From a virus (Duplodnaviria; Caudoviricetes), in IMG/VR virus record IMGVR_UViG_3300038549_000050, positions 1 through 56,095 of that record: 56,095 bases of DNA; one strand, given 5' to 3'. Position 1 is the first letter of the stretch, and every line of letters starts with the position of its first letter. The notes beneath the pieces were generated by a model. That model saw only the letters and a list, made by a program, of their open reading frames with translations, did not search any database and was not told where the DNA came from. A program made the translations under genes and the position numbers. Of the stretch, positions 25,028 through 35,827 are shown in pieces.

Positions 25028-25849
25028 ATGGCTTTCGATCTTAAGAGCGCAACTCCAGATGTGACATTTGCCCCATCAACAGCATTTCTGTTTGGGGCCG
25101 ATTCGCAATCAGCCACTGATCCAAGCATTTATCAGGGTTCGACGATCTTCAATGCCCTTCTGGCGCTTGCCAATACATGGACAGCGCAGCAAACATTCGC
25201 TCCCGCTACCAATAAATTGGTAGCCATTGCTGCTGCTGTCGGCGGTACCGCAAACATTCCGTCAGTTTCCAATCTCTCCGGGATGATCACGCTTTCAAGG
25301 GCGTCAGATGGCGCACTCGGAAGCGGCAATATTTTTTGTTTCTCCGAGGCGGCTGGCGGCATTAACTCCACTCTTGGAATTTCCGCCTCGAATGGCATAG
25401 CCTTTTATCCGGGCGCATCGCTTGCTTTTGTTATGTCCAGCACAACCGTGTCAGTGGCATCTGGTGCCACGTTTGGTTTTTCAACAGACGTGGTTCTGGC
25501 GCGTGACGCCGCCAACGTCCTGGCCCAGCGCAACAGCACAAGTGGTCAGGAGCATCGCTGGTATAATACTTTTACGGACTCCAGCAATTATGAACGCATG
25601 AGCCTGGCGTGGTCCAGCGATGTGGCGATCATGAAGCCACAGAATGCGGGAACCGGATCGGCCAGACTCTTCGTTCCTGTCACTGGCGCCACGACGGTTG
25701 CAGGTCTCCCGTCCGCATCGACGATGGGAGCTGGCGCCCGCTCATTTGTCACCGACGCCAATGCAACAACATTCAATTCTACGGTTGAAGGCGGCGGAGC
25801 GAATACCGTGCCCGTGGTATCAAATGGCACCAATTGGCTTATTGGTTAG
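25028..25849 (+). CDS. Fibre-like virion protein
   Basis: ANTWTAQQTF, LARDAANVLAQRN and C-terminal TVAGLPSA...VTDA...VPVVSNGTNW motifs seen in fibre proteins. Confidence 0.7.
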   Translation: MAFDLKSATPDVTFAPSTAFLFGADSQSATDPSIYQGSTIFNALLALANTWTAQQTFAPATNKLVAIAAAVGGTANIPSVSNLSGMITLSRASDGALGSGNIFCFSEAAGGINSTLGISASNGIAFYPGASLAFVMSSTTVSVASGATFGFSTDVVLARDAANVLAQRNSTSGQEHRWYNTFTDSSNYERMSLAWSSDVAIMKPQNAGTGSARLFVPVTGATTVAGLPSASTMGAGARSFVTDANATTFNSTVEGGGANTVPVVSNGTNWLIG

Positions 25850-25864
25850 AGGAAAGCAAGAAAG

Positions 25865-26173
25865 ATGGGCGTTATTTCGCTGATTGTTGAGGGCTCGACC
25901 GTAGGCACTGTGGCCGAAGGCCGCGGCGTTGTCATCAGACGCTCGGTTTCAGAGGCCGACAGCGCACGCCTTATCAAGGCATATGCGCATAGTTATGCCG
26001 AAAATTTTGTTGATGAGAACGGCAAACCACGTCCGCCCTCCATCGAAGAGGTGCTGGGCGCATGGTTCGATGGTATCGTCGGCGGTTCCGTTGCGCGCGT
26101 GCTTTCTGTCGAGCGCGAGCTTGCCGCACAAGGCGCCCGCGACGCAGTAAAGCCGATTGAGGTGGGCGCATGA
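25865..26173 (+). CDS. Hypothetical protein (possible fibre chaperone)
   Basis: ORF immediately after the fibre gene. Confidence 0.6.
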   Translation: MGVISLIVEGSTVGTVAEGRGVVIRRSVSEADSARLIKAYAHSYAENFVDENGKPRPPSIEEVLGAWFDGIVGGSVARVLSVERELAAQGARDAVKPIEVGA

Positions 26174-26349
26174 AGTTGGAGCTGAATGACAAAGAGATTG
26201 GCGCACTTGTCGCCGTCCTAGACCTGGCGTTGAAAGCAGGTGGACTCCAGGCGAGTCCCGCCGTGAACTTGATCTTCGGCAAGTTAGAAGCCGCCAAGCG
26301 GGATGAGGCCGATTTGACGGCCAATCCTGATAGCGACGCCGCGCAATAA
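26170..26349 (+). CDS. Small hypothetical protein (59 aa)
   Basis: Manual translation MKLELNDKEIGALVAVLDLALKAGGL...; GAGGT RBS and ATGA overlap. Confidence 0.6.
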   Translation: MKLELNDKEIGALVAVLDLALKAGGLQASPAVNLIFGKLEAAKRDEADLTANPDSDAAQ

Positions 26350-27023
26350 TCTCTTGCCAAATCCTCCATCCATCACTATGATGAGACGGCAATAAGTCAG
26401 CGGGACACTTGGGAGATTCAGTAGAATATCATGGCACTTGCCATCCTTTACCGAGCATGTGAGCTTTGAAGCGTTTGATGCCTTCGGTCTTACAAGAGGA
26501 CCACAGGGCAGCTTCGAGGAAGTCTGGGACTTTGACATTGATCCGTGGCATAGGCTGGTTAACGAGGCACAGTGTCACCATCCCAAGGCACAAGACACCG
26601 TTAAACCGGTGGCAGACGCGAGACAACGCTTTACGCATGGCACGATACGCGGTATAAAGTTTTCGGGATGCGGTGAAACCACTCGGATTGATCACCGGGA
26701 AGTAGCTTGACTAATGACAACCTATACGGTCTCGATGGGATCGACTGCGACGTCGCCATCGGTCTATGCAAGGACATTCAGGAAGAAGAAAATCCCTGCG
26801 CAGTGGGACCAGTATTCGCAGAGCCTTCGGGCTTGCATCCCAACCTTACATCATCCACTCGAACGCTCCATAACGTTCAAACCCCAGCGTCTTAAGCGCC
26901 ACCAGTAAAAACAGGGTGCCGACGCAACACCAGTAGGCACCCCAAGACACGAACTTACGCATACGCAACTACATGCGCGCCCGCCGCGCCAAACTCAAAG
27001 AGAACGCTTCAGCGTAAGACCCC

Positions 27024-27221
27024 ATGGCCTACAGCCTAAAAGAAAAGATCGCCACCGGCCTTACCGCTCTCGGTCTTCCAAATGCCAAAGTCTCCGACAA
27101 GGACGGAGGCGGCTTCGTCGTCACCTTCTCAGCTTCTGAAAACGATGAGCCAAAAACCTTCACTCTCGAAGGTGTCGTCACTCAGAAAAAGCTAGAGGAA
27201 ATTGCGGAGGAGATGCGGTAG
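27024..27221 (+). CDS. Hypothetical protein
   Basis: 65-aa ORF. Confidence 0.5.
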   Translation: MAYSLKEKIATGLTALGLPNAKVSDKDGGGFVVTFSASENDEPKTFTLEGVVTQKKLEEIAEEMR

Positions 27222-27287
27222 TGGCCGCGCCTGAGGGAAACAAACGAACACGTGACTGCATGCGCAAGCTCAGAGCAGCGAAGTCCA

Positions 27288-27509
27288 ATGGCTGAACCAT
27301 CACAATGGCCAACGGCAACCGGCCTCACGCCATTCTGCCAAATCCCAGATGAGTATGGTTCTATCAAGGAGATGCGCGTCATCGGCGACGGTCTCTGCGT
27401 CATAACGAAAGAGCACAAGGTCCTACTGATTTCGCCCGAAGGAAACATCGCCGTCGTCGATCCGTGTGAGATCAATCGGCTGCCGGCTCTAACCAAGAAA
27501 CTCAAATGA
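27288..27509 (+). CDS. Hypothetical protein
   Basis: ATGA-coupled to terS. Confidence 0.5.
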   Translation: MAEPSQWPTATGLTPFCQIPDEYGSIKEMRVIGDGLCVITKEHKVLLISPEGNIAVVDPCEINRLPALTKKLK

Positions 27510-27979
27510 GCGCGCCAAAGGGCAATCGTTTCTGGCAGGCGAGGAGTTCACATGGTCGCAAGCCGATTTTTGGCTCTCCTGAGGAGCTATGGTTTGCCTG
27601 CGAAGAGTACTTCGAGTGGGTGGAAAACAATCCGCTCTGGGAAGCCAAGCCCTTCGCATACCAAGGTGTCATCACCATAGCAGAGATGCCTAAGATGCGG
27701 GCCATGACAATCGGTGGCTTGTGCATCTTCCTCGACATCGACCGCACAACTTGGCTTGAGTACTCAAGACGTGAAGATTTTTCCAATGTCGCATTGCGAG
27801 TGGACGAAATCATTCGGGATCAAAAGTTCACGGGCGCGGCTGCGGACCTGCTTAACCCGAACATTATCGCCCGCGATCTTGGATTGGCGGATAAGTCGGA
27901 ACTATCCGCAACAGAGGGCTCAGCAATAGCGATAATCAATGTCAGCACGTCACCGGCAAGCAAAGGAAGTCCCTCTTAA
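27506..27979 (+). CDS. terS: Terminase small subunit (P22 gp3-like)
   Basis: [20 protein letters not shown]...MTIGGLC.FL...[22 protein letters not shown]. Confidence 0.95.
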   Translation: MSAPKGNRFWQARSSHGRKPIFGSPEELWFACEEYFEWVENNPLWEAKPFAYQGVITIAEMPKMRAMTIGGLCIFLDIDRTTWLEYSRREDFSNVALRVDEIIRDQKFTGAAADLLNPNIIARDLGLADKSELSATEGSAIAIINVSTSPASKGSPS

Positions 27980-29477
27980 CATTCACCTGCACGAAAGGCA
28001 GTTCATTGCCTTCACGAGCGTCGCCAATGAGATTCTTTATGGCGGCGCTGCAGGCGGTGGGAAAAGCTTTCTAATGCGCTGTGCCGCCGTCATATGGTGC
28101 GCGGCGATCAGCGGTCTCCAGATCTATCTTTTCCGGCGAGAACACAACGATCTGATCAAGAACCACATGGAGGGGCCGAAGGGTTTCCGCAACCTTCTGG
28201 CGCCATGGGAACAAGCCGGCCTCGTCAAGATCGTAGAAGACGAGATCAGATTTTGGAACGGCTCGAAAATCTATCTCTGCCACTGTCAGCACGAAAAACA
28301 CAGGTTCAAATATCACGGAGCTGAAATCCACGTTCTGCTCATGGACGAACTGACGCATTTCAGCGAGGTCATATACCGATATCTTCGCAACCGCGTTCGT
28401 ATGGTCGGTATCGATGTTCCGGCGCAATATGCCGGTATGTTTCCGCGCATTCTGTGTTCATCGAACCCGGGTAACATCGGTCATGGTTGGGTTAAAGCGA
28501 CGTTTGTCGATAATGCCGACGATCTAGCCATCAGGCAGATGAGCAAGTCCGAAGGCGGCATGCGGCGCCAGTTCATTCGTGCCAGACTCGAAGACAATCC
28601 ATCAATGATGGAGGATGATCCGACCTACGAGGATCGCCTCGAAGGCCTCGGCAGCGCTGAACTGGTCAAAGCGATGCGTTGGGGGGATTGGGATGTTATC
28701 GAGGGGGCGTTCTTCGATAATTTCGACGCCAAACGCCATGTGTTGAGGCCAGTAGGCTTGCCTAATCACTGGCTTAAGTTCAGGGCTGGCGACTGGGGCA
28801 GCGCCAAGCCATTTTCGATCGGCTGGTATTCCGTCGCATCAGATGACTGGCTTCATCCGGACGGCTTTGTCATTCCAAGGGGCGGAATGATCAAATACCG
28901 CGAATGGTACGGCGTCAAGACCAACCCTGATGGAACGTTTCAGGCAGACGTTGGCGTAAAGCTGACATCACTGCAAGTCGCGCAGGGTATTCTTGAGCGC
29001 GAAGGTGCTTTGTTCGACGATCGTGGCCTCATGGTGAGCGGGCCGACAGAGGCAATAGAGTACGGCGTTCTTGACCCAGCAGCTTTTCACGTCGTCAGTG
29101 GACCATCGATCGCCGAAGAGATGTCCATGAAAGGCGTTTATTTCATGGAAGCCGACAACAAACGCGTTCCTCTCAGGGGCGCAATCGGGGGCTGGGATCA
29201 AGTGAGGGCAAGGCTGAACGGAGATGGTGACGGCAAACCAATGCTGTTTTTCTTCTCTAATTGCAAACATACGATCAGAACACTGCCAGCGCTACAGCAT
29301 GATCCGAACCGCCCCGAGGACGTCATGACCGACAGCGAAGACCATGCTGGTGATGAAACCAGATATGCATGCATGTCGCGCCCATGGATACCGCCACAGA
29401 AAAACGCTCAAATAGACAGCTTATCAGATTACACCAATTCCCATGAAAGAGAACCCGATGAGTGGAGAGTGATCTAG
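27939..29477 (+). CDS. terL: Terminase large subunit
   Basis: [10 protein letters not shown] Walker A, LMDELTHF Walker B, SNPG, DWG and [10 protein letters not shown] nuclease motifs. Confidence 0.95.
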   Translation: MSARHRQAKEVPLNIHLHERQFIAFTSVANEILYGGAAGGGKSFLMRCAAVIWCAAISGLQIYLFRREHNDLIKNHMEGPKGFRNLLAPWEQAGLVKIVEDEIRFWNGSKIYLCHCQHEKHRFKYHGAEIHVLLMDELTHFSEVIYRYLRNRVRMVGIDVPAQYAGMFPRILCSSNPGNIGHGWVKATFVDNADDLAIRQMSKSEGGMRRQFIRARLEDNPSMMEDDPTYEDRLEGLGSAELVKAMRWGDWDVIEGAFFDNFDAKRHVLRPVGLPNHWLKFRAGDWGSAKPFSIGWYSVASDDWLHPDGFVIPRGGMIKYREWYGVKTNPDGTFQADVGVKLTSLQVAQGILEREGALFDDRGLMVSGPTEAIEYGVLDPAAFHVVSGPSIAEEMSMKGVYFMEADNKRVPLRGAIGGWDQVRARLNGDGDGKPMLFFFSNCKHTIRTLPALQHDPNRPEDVMTDSEDHAGDETRYACMSRPWIPPQKNAQIDSLSDYTNSHEREPDEWRVI

Positions 29478-29480
29478 CCC

Positions 29481-31616
29481 ATGCTAGACCCCTACAACTA
29501 CCAACCCGCAGCGGCGTATGGCAACTATGCTTCGCCCGAGGACCTGACGGCGACGCCGGATCAGGCTATCAGATCGGGGCTGGTGTCGCTCGAAAACTTG
29601 CCGCGCATGACGATGCCGTCGCCTCGTCTCGACGGCACGACGCTTGACGCAAAATACCAATCCTGGGAGCAGGCCAAGACATCGAGCGGAGAGATCCACG
29701 AGCAGTTCATAGCATCGCGCTATTATCACGGTAAGCAGTGGACGGAAGCAGAAATCCGCGAACTTCGCAAGCGCAAGCAGCCTGTCACCACAAAGAACCG
29801 GATCAAGCGCAAGGTGGATTTCCTCGTCGGCGTCGAACAGCGTCTGCGCCGTGATCCCAAATGCTTTCCTCGTACGCCGATGGCAGAGCAGGCGGCCTAT
29901 GTAGCAACAGCGGCTTTGCGTTCAGTCGAGGATGAGACCAAGTGGCAATCGATCTCATCGGCGGCGACGAAGGATGCTCTGATCAGAGGCATTGGCGTCG
30001 TCTGGCAGGGCGTCAAGGTCGTTCGCGGGCGTCCTGAAGTCAGGAAGTCGCATATTCCAAGCGATCGGTTCTTTTACGATCCATGCTCGGAGGCATGGGA
30101 TTTTGGTGACGCCAGATTCTTGGGCGAGTGGCAATGGCTCGATATTGATCAAGCTGCAGAGATGATGCCGTTTGCGGCTCCCATTATCAAGGAGCTCGCT
30201 CGGAACGGCCATGACGGCTCGCTGACGACAGTGCCGCAGGAATTCGCCAAGGTCAATAACCGCACCAATTGGATCGACGCCAGGCGCAATCTGATCCGCA
30301 TTACGCATATCTGGTATCGCTACGCCGGCAATTGGATGTACGAGTATCTGAGCGGTCCCATTTGCCTTTGCCCTGAGGATTGGGATTGCAAATCGCCTTA
30401 CATCGGCGAGGACGACGAGACCCAACATCCTTACAACGCATGGTCGCCATATGTCGACGAGAGCGGCAACCGCTACGGCGTCGTTCGCGACATGATCCCA
30501 TTGCAGGATGGCATCAACAAGCGTTCATCGAAGATGATGCATCTGCTCACGGTCCGCCAGACCATGGGCACTAAAGGCGCTGTCGATGACGTCGACCGCA
30601 TGAAGCAGGAGATGGCCAAGCCTGATGGCCATGTTGAGGTCAACCCGAGCCCGTCGCATCGTTTTGAGGTCATTGACCAATCCGCGCAGACGCAAGGTCA
30701 ATTCGAACTTCTGCAGGAAGACAAAGCCGAGATAGAAAATCTCGGTCCGAACCCAGGTTTAATCGGCCGCGGCGTCGAAAATCAATCCGGCCGCGCGATC
30801 CTTGCCCAGCAGAACAGCGGCATGACGGAACTTTCCCCGGTCTTCGAGATGAAGCGGGAATGGGAGCTTGGCGTCTATCATAAGGATTGGCGTTTGATCC
30901 GTCAGTTCTGGAATGGAGAACGCTATATTCGGGTCACGGCTGATCCAAAGGCCGTCGAATTCCTGTCGATCAACCGCATCGTCGAAGATCCGCAGACCGG
31001 TCAAGTCTACGTCGAGAATGCCATCATCGAAATGGATGTTGATGTGCTGCTCGATCAAGGTCCTGATACCGTCACGATGCGCGAGGAACTTCTTCAGGCA
31101 ATCGCTGATCGGCCCGACGTTCCGCTTGAGCTGGTGCTTGAATTGTCGACGTTGCCGGACAAGGAGATCGTGCTCAAGCGTCTTCAGGAAGCCAGGGAAC
31201 CGCCAGCAGAGCTCATCGCCATGCAGGATAGAATGGCGAAGCTGGAGGCGGCGCTCCAGGCGGCAAAGATCGATGAGAGCATCGCCAATGTCGAAAACAA
31301 GCGCGCCACCACGATCAAGACCATGGTTGAAAGCGGTGCTGACCCACGCATCATTACCCAGCTCTTCCCGATTCGCTACCGCGAGCCGACGACTTTAGAC
31401 AGGCTGCAGAGTGCAACAGCCTCATCTCAGAACACGCTTCTGCAAGGCGAGACGGAAGACAATGGCCAAATGTCCGGACCAGAAGGCGCCATGCCATCAG
31501 GCGGCCAGCAGAATGCGCTTATGGGGCCGCAACAGCCGCCGGCACTGCCTGGACAGGAAGCAGAAATTGGCGCGCCTGGCGGTCTTCCATTAGGCCCAGG
31601 CGTCATGCCGCAGTGA
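29481..31616 (+). CDS. Portal protein (P22-like)
   Basis: YYHGKQWT, NRIK, YGVVRDMIPLQDGINKRSSK and SGRAI motifs; follows terL. Confidence 0.9.
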   Translation: MLDPYNYQPAAAYGNYASPEDLTATPDQAIRSGLVSLENLPRMTMPSPRLDGTTLDAKYQSWEQAKTSSGEIHEQFIASRYYHGKQWTEAEIRELRKRKQPVTTKNRIKRKVDFLVGVEQRLRRDPKCFPRTPMAEQAAYVATAALRSVEDETKWQSISSAATKDALIRGIGVVWQGVKVVRGRPEVRKSHIPSDRFFYDPCSEAWDFGDARFLGEWQWLDIDQAAEMMPFAAPIIKELARNGHDGSLTTVPQEFAKVNNRTNWIDARRNLIRITHIWYRYAGNWMYEYLSGPICLCPEDWDCKSPYIGEDDETQHPYNAWSPYVDESGNRYGVVRDMIPLQDGINKRSSKMMHLLTVRQTMGTKGAVDDVDRMKQEMAKPDGHVEVNPSPSHRFEVIDQSAQTQGQFELLQEDKAEIENLGPNPGLIGRGVENQSGRAILAQQNSGMTELSPVFEMKREWELGVYHKDWRLIRQFWNGERYIRVTADPKAVEFLSINRIVEDPQTGQVYVENAIIEMDVDVLLDQGPDTVTMREELLQAIADRPDVPLELVLELSTLPDKEIVLKRLQEAREPPAELIAMQDRMAKLEAALQAAKIDESIANVENKRATTIKTMVESGADPRIITQLFPIRYREPTTLDRLQSATASSQNTLLQGETEDNGQMSGPEGAMPSGGQQNALMGPQQPPALPGQEAEIGAPGGLPLGPGVMPQ

Positions 31617-31645
31617 TTTCAGTAACCGCGTAAAGTTTGCCGTCC

Positions 31646-31675
31646 GGCCCGCAATCGTTCTAGCGGGCTTTTTGT
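31646..31675 (+). terminator. Rho-independent terminator
   Basis: GGCCCGC-loop-GCGGGC followed by TTTTTGTT. Confidence 0.65.
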
Positions 31676-31784
31676 TGTGCGTCAGAGCGTTCTCGTTCCA
31701 GCCACGTCACGGCTGTCTTTCGGTCATCGCACGCCACCGTAAACGGCGTCGTTTCGTCACCTCCAACGATATCAGGAGATCAAA

Positions 31785-32600
31785 ATGGACACCATGAACG
31801 GTGAAGCCACTACTACGATCGCGGATTTGTTCGCGCCCGATCCAGCGCCTCAGATGCCGGCCAGCACGCAGGCCAGTGAACAGCCGACGCCTCCCGATCC
31901 AGATTATGGCTATCAACCCCCAGTACAAGAGGTCATCCCGCCTGCCCAGACGCAGCAGCCCCAAGGCCAGGAGCCGCCCGTCCAGCAGCAGCCTCACATG
32001 GTTCCACTCGGAGAGCTGATCGACACTCGCAAACGCGCCCAGGCCGCTGAGGAAGCGGCAAGACAGACCCAGCGCGAAATGCAACAGCTCAAAGAAATGA
32101 TGATGAGGCAATCCCAGCCTCAGCAGCCTCAGAACCAGCCGCAGCCTATCGATCCGGTCGAAGACCCGCAGGGCTTTGCCAATGCACTTATTCACCAGAT
32201 CGAAGAGCGGTTTCTCAATGAACGCCTCAATGACAGCGAGCGCCGCGCCCGCGCGGAATTCGGGTCAGCCAACGTTGATGCAGCACTGCAGGCTGCGCAA
32301 CAGGCAGGGTTTTCATCGGCCTTTGCCTCCAGACCTGACGCTTACCGCGAAATGGTCGAATGGCATCAAGCCCAGCAATTGAGAGCAACGATCGGAGCCA
32401 ACCCAACCGCTTATCAAGAGCAGTTGAAAGCTCAGATCAGAGCACAGGTTCTGGCTGAACTGAAGCAGGGGACTCCGCCTCCGTCAAATCTCCCGCCGTC
32501 TTTGTCCGGCGCGACCAAGGCCAACATGCAGCCTGAAGTCATTGGCTCGGACAAGGATTGGTTCAACGAAACGCTGAACGGAAGAAAGCGACGAGGATAA
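31785..32600 (+). CDS. Scaffolding protein
   Basis: Gln/Pro-rich, VPLGEL..RKR coiled coil, between portal and capsid. Confidence 0.75.
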   Translation: MDTMNGEATTTIADLFAPDPAPQMPASTQASEQPTPPDPDYGYQPPVQEVIPPAQTQQPQGQEPPVQQQPHMVPLGELIDTRKRAQAAEEAARQTQREMQQLKEMMMRQSQPQQPQNQPQPIDPVEDPQGFANALIHQIEERFLNERLNDSERRARAEFGSANVDAALQAAQQAGFSSAFASRPDAYREMVEWHQAQQLRATIGANPTAYQEQLKAQIRAQVLAELKQGTPPPSNLPPSLSGATKANMQPEVIGSDKDWFNETLNGRKRRG

Positions 32601-32605
32601 TTTAA

Positions 32606-33784
32606 ATGGCTACGACCACGACCCCCGCCGATCTGATTGAAATCAGGTATCGGCGGCAGTACTGGCGGGAATATGTCCGCCAGTCCGGTTTCCTGCCCTA
32701 CATGGGCGGCGGCAATGAAGGCGTCAAATCCATCATTCATTCGGCGATGGAATTGACGACAAGCGGCAAGTCTCTTACCATCCCGCTGGTGTCAAGCCTG
32801 CGCGGCGGCGGCGTCCGCGGCAATACCAGGCTCTCCGGCGCTGAAGAGAAGCTCGGCAAGCACACACACAGCGTTGCTGTCCAGATCGCCCGACATGGTG
32901 TCGAGCTTTCTGAGCAGGATGAGCACTATGATTTCTCCAATGCCCGCGAGGCGGTTCGCCCCTTGCTGCAGGAGTGGTCGCGCGTGCTTCTGCGCGATCG
33001 CATCATCGATGCGTTAGGCACGGTTGCCTATTCTTCGACCGCTGCACCGCAGTGTGCGACGTTCTTCACGCCGTTGAACACGGCTGAAAACGTTGCCGCG
33101 ACTTCGACCCAGAACAACACCTGGAATGCGGCGAACTCCGACCGCGTGCTTTATGGTTCGGCTGTCGCAAACTACAATGCCACCTTTGCCACCGCTCTGG
33201 CGAACGTCGATTCTTCGGCCGACAAGCTGACGACAAGCGTGATTTCGCTCCTGAAGGAGCGGGCCAAGGGAACGGTGACGAACGCCCGCGTGAATGGCAC
33301 GCCTGCTATTCGTCCCGTTATCGACGAGTACAGCGACAACGGACGGGAATATTTCGTGCTGTTCACCGGCTCAAGGCCGTTCCGTGACCTGAAGGCGGAT
33401 AGCGCCATGCAACAGGCCAACCGCGACGCCCGCGCTCGCGAAGGCAGCGGCATGGACAAAAATCCGCTCTTCCAGGATGGCGATCTGATCTGGGACGGCG
33501 TCATCATCCGCGAAATTCCGGAAATTCCGGTCATTGCCGGGGCCGGTGCGGCTGGCATCGACGTTGGTCCAGTCTTCCTCTGCGGTGCTCAGTCCGTCTG
33601 CGTTGCCTGGGGCAATATGCCCGAGTTCCGCGCCAAGAAAGAGGATGACTACGGCCAGTTCACCGGCATCGGCATTTCCGAAATGGCCGGCGCAAACAAG
33701 ATCATGCGCAAAGACGGCGAGTCTTCGACGCTGGTTGATAACGGCATGGTTACCGGCTTCGTCTCGGCAGTTGCCTCGGCGTAA
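32606..33784 (+). CDS. Major capsid protein (DUF4043/N4-gp56-like)
   Basis: L.GAEE, NPLF.DG..WDGVIIRE, LCGAQ, DDYG motifs; position after scaffold. Confidence 0.9.
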   Translation: MATTTTPADLIEIRYRRQYWREYVRQSGFLPYMGGGNEGVKSIIHSAMELTTSGKSLTIPLVSSLRGGGVRGNTRLSGAEEKLGKHTHSVAVQIARHGVELSEQDEHYDFSNAREAVRPLLQEWSRVLLRDRIIDALGTVAYSSTAAPQCATFFTPLNTAENVAATSTQNNTWNAANSDRVLYGSAVANYNATFATALANVDSSADKLTTSVISLLKERAKGTVTNARVNGTPAIRPVIDEYSDNGREYFVLFTGSRPFRDLKADSAMQQANRDARAREGSGMDKNPLFQDGDLIWDGVIIREIPEIPVIAGAGAAGIDVGPVFLCGAQSVCVAWGNMPEFRAKKEDDYGQFTGIGISEMAGANKIMRKDGESSTLVDNGMVTGFVSAVASA

Positions 33785-33809
33785 TCTGGACCTGAAAGGA
33801 TAAACTGAA

Positions 33810-34274
33810 ATGGCTACCTACGAAACTTCCAGGTCTGGTCTTCGCGGTCCTCTAGTCAGTGAAGGGCACGTCCGCAATATCTATTGCCACACGGCAATCG
33901 TTGCCATGACTACGGCGATGTTGGACAACGCCAACGATGACGTTGGTCTGTTCTATGTCCCGGCCGGCTTTGTCGTTACCGGCATTCTGGCTTCAGCGTC
34001 GGATATGGATACGAACGGCTCTCCTGCCCTTGCCATCGATATTGGTGATAGCGGCGATGAGGATCGTTTCCTGGCCGCATCGACGATTGGTCAGGCCGGC
34101 ACGGTGAGTACGGCCCTGGCAGCGGCTGGCGTCCTGTACAAGTTCACCGCGCGCACGCAGGTTCGGGCCTATATTCAGACGGCAGCGGCAACGGCTGCCG
34201 CAGGTACTCTGAAAGTGTCCCTGTTCGGGTTCATGGACCCGGACTACGACACGACGGCCCTTGTGGCAGCGTAA
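33810..34274 (+). CDS. Capsid decoration/cement protein
   Basis: DMDTNGSP.LAIDIGD..D.DRF motif; follows the capsid gene. Confidence 0.7.
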   Translation: MATYETSRSGLRGPLVSEGHVRNIYCHTAIVAMTTAMLDNANDDVGLFYVPAGFVVTGILASASDMDTNGSPALAIDIGDSGDEDRFLAASTIGQAGTVSTALAAAGVLYKFTARTQVRAYIQTAAATAAAGTLKVSLFGFMDPDYDTTALVAA

Positions 34275-34280
34275 TGAAGT

Positions 34281-34305
34281 GGGCGGGGCTCCGGTCCCGC
34301 CTCCC
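34281..34305 (+). terminator. GC hairpin after the capsid operon
   Basis: GGCGGG..CTCCGG..CCCGCC. Confidence 0.45.
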
Positions 34306-34331
34306 TACCACTGGGGCAGCAAGAGACAGCG

Positions 34332-34712
34332 ATGAAAATTCTAAGCGGCAACGAGCTCGTCGATCAGCTTGGCAAGGTCTCGGATATCTTCAAAATCCCG
34401 TCAGGCGTGCCGAATATTTACACCGATAGCACGTCTCTTGCTATAGAAGACTATGGCAAGATCGTCGCCATGGATTCTGCCGGCAGCAACAATTACACGT
34501 TTCTTTCCGCGTCGAACATGGTGTCTCCATATCCGCTCTATCATCAGGTGATCATTCTCCAGGCTGGAACGGGTCTGACGACGCTGGTTGCTGGATCTGG
34601 CGTTACGCTGGTTGGCGTCAACGGCTTGGTGTCGATGGGGCAAGGCTCCTGGCTTGGCGCATACCAATATTCCCGCGACGTCTGGTATGCGTTCGGCAAT
34701 CTGACACTCTAA
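34332..34712 (+). CDS. Virion protein resembling a fibre-tip domain
   Basis: Q.GTG..T..AGSGVTL...W...G.L. Confidence 0.6.
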   Translation: MKILSGNELVDQLGKVSDIFKIPSGVPNIYTDSTSLAIEDYGKIVAMDSAGSNNYTFLSASNMVSPYPLYHQVIILQAGTGLTTLVAGSGVTLVGVNGLVSMGQGSWLGAYQYSRDVWYAFGNLTL

Positions 34713-34721
34713 GGCGAGACG

Positions 34722-35054
34722 ATGAAATATAGGTACATCGGCGATTATCCGGAAGGACGATCTGAAATAATGGCGTTCGGCTGCATTTTTGCTCCCGGTC
34801 TATCTCTTGAAGTTCCGGAGCGGTTCGCCAAGAAATTCGAAGGCAATCGCTTTTTTGAGCTAGTCGAAGATCGCGGCCAAACCACAGCGGATGAAGATCC
34901 GATCGCCGTCGATGGCGATTATGATCCTTATCAGGGAATGGAAAAATCCGCATTGGTGCAGCTTGCCTCCGAACGCAACATTGAAATCGATGGAAGGTGG
35001 GGCGCAAAGCGCATCATCGAAGAGTTAAAGGCTGGAGGAAGAACCGATGGCTGA
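34722..35054 (+). CDS. Phage hypothetical protein with a C-terminal Rho-N/HeH-like motif
   Basis: KFEGNRFFE; L..LA.ERNIEIDGRWG..RI. Confidence 0.65.
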   Translation: MKYRYIGDYPEGRSEIMAFGCIFAPGLSLEVPERFAKKFEGNRFFELVEDRGQTTADEDPIAVDGDYDPYQGMEKSALVQLASERNIEIDGRWGAKRIIEELKAGGRTDG

Positions 35055-35295
35055 CTTGACGCCACGCAGAAAAACGAACCTGAACACAGCTATCAAGGGC
35101 GTGGTGATGGCCGATAACACGGCGCTCAGTGAGCCGTGCGTCGCCGTGAATGCATCGACTGCAGGATCCGTCAATGTCGTCTGGCTGGATGGCACAACAA
35201 CGACGTATTACTTCAAGCAAGGCGATAACCCCGTTCAGATCCAGCAATGCGGAACCGGTGGTGCAGCTCTCGGTCTCGTTGCATTATACAATTGA
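35047..35295 (+). CDS. Small virion protein (spike-base-like)
   Basis: AG.V.V...DG...T......G.NP motif; coupled ORF. Confidence 0.6.
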   Translation: MADLTPRRKTNLNTAIKGVVMADNTALSEPCVAVNASTAGSVNVVWLDGTTTTYYFKQGDNPVQIQQCGTGGAALGLVALYN

Positions 35296-35483
35296 TGCTC
35301 GGTTTTTCTCCGATAGCGGCCATGCCAATCGCAGATGACGCGCCTGCAGTCATTCAGGCCTCCGCAACGAGCGCACAGATGTCCGTCAAGATCACCGGAT
35401 CAACGCCGATATCGTCGACCAGCAGCGGCACCCAGCGTATCGGAGCGACAATGACGGCAACCGTGCGCATAAGGGCTCTCTGA
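35295..35483 (+). CDS. Small virion protein (MLGFSPIA..PIADD)
   Basis: TGATG coupling; recurring phage N-terminal motif. Confidence 0.55.
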   Translation: MLGFSPIAAMPIADDAPAVIQASATSAQMSVKITGSTPISSTSSGTQRIGATMTATVRIRAL

Positions 35484-35485
35484 TC

Positions 35486-35827
35486 ATGCTGTCTCCAGGG
35501 AAATACTACCACGACACGCTGATCAGGATCGAGGTTTCCTTTACCGACAGTGCCGGCGCGGCTGTCGATCCGGCAACGGTTGTGTTCAGGGCTAAATCCC
35601 GCTTTGGAACCGAGGTAACGTATACATACGGCACGGACGCCCAGCTTGGCAAGGAATCGACAGGAAATTACTATGCCGATCTGACGCCAGATGCGCCAGG
35701 CCGCTGGCATTATCGCTGGCAAACGACGGGGACCGGGACGACCCTTCGCACAGAGGGCGATTTCGTCGTTCAGGACAGCAAGTTCTATGAGTGGGATTAC
35801 ATCTGGGATTATAACACGCCGTGGTGA
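35486..35827 (+). CDS. Ig-like virion protein
   Basis: F.D..G..VDP...TGNYYAD....G.W.YRW. Confidence 0.65.
   Translation: MLSPGKYYHDTLIRIEVSFTDSAGAAVDPATVVFRAKSRFGTEVTYTYGTDAQLGKESTGNYYADLTPDAPGRWHYRWQTTGTGTTLRTEGDFVVQDSKFYEWDYIWDYNTPW

Noticed and set aside
26400-27018. ORFs 26438-26710, 26707-26895 and a YMRARRAK fragment
   Set aside because: Overlapping short frames with no convincing RBS or motif; possibly decayed genes, not callable.
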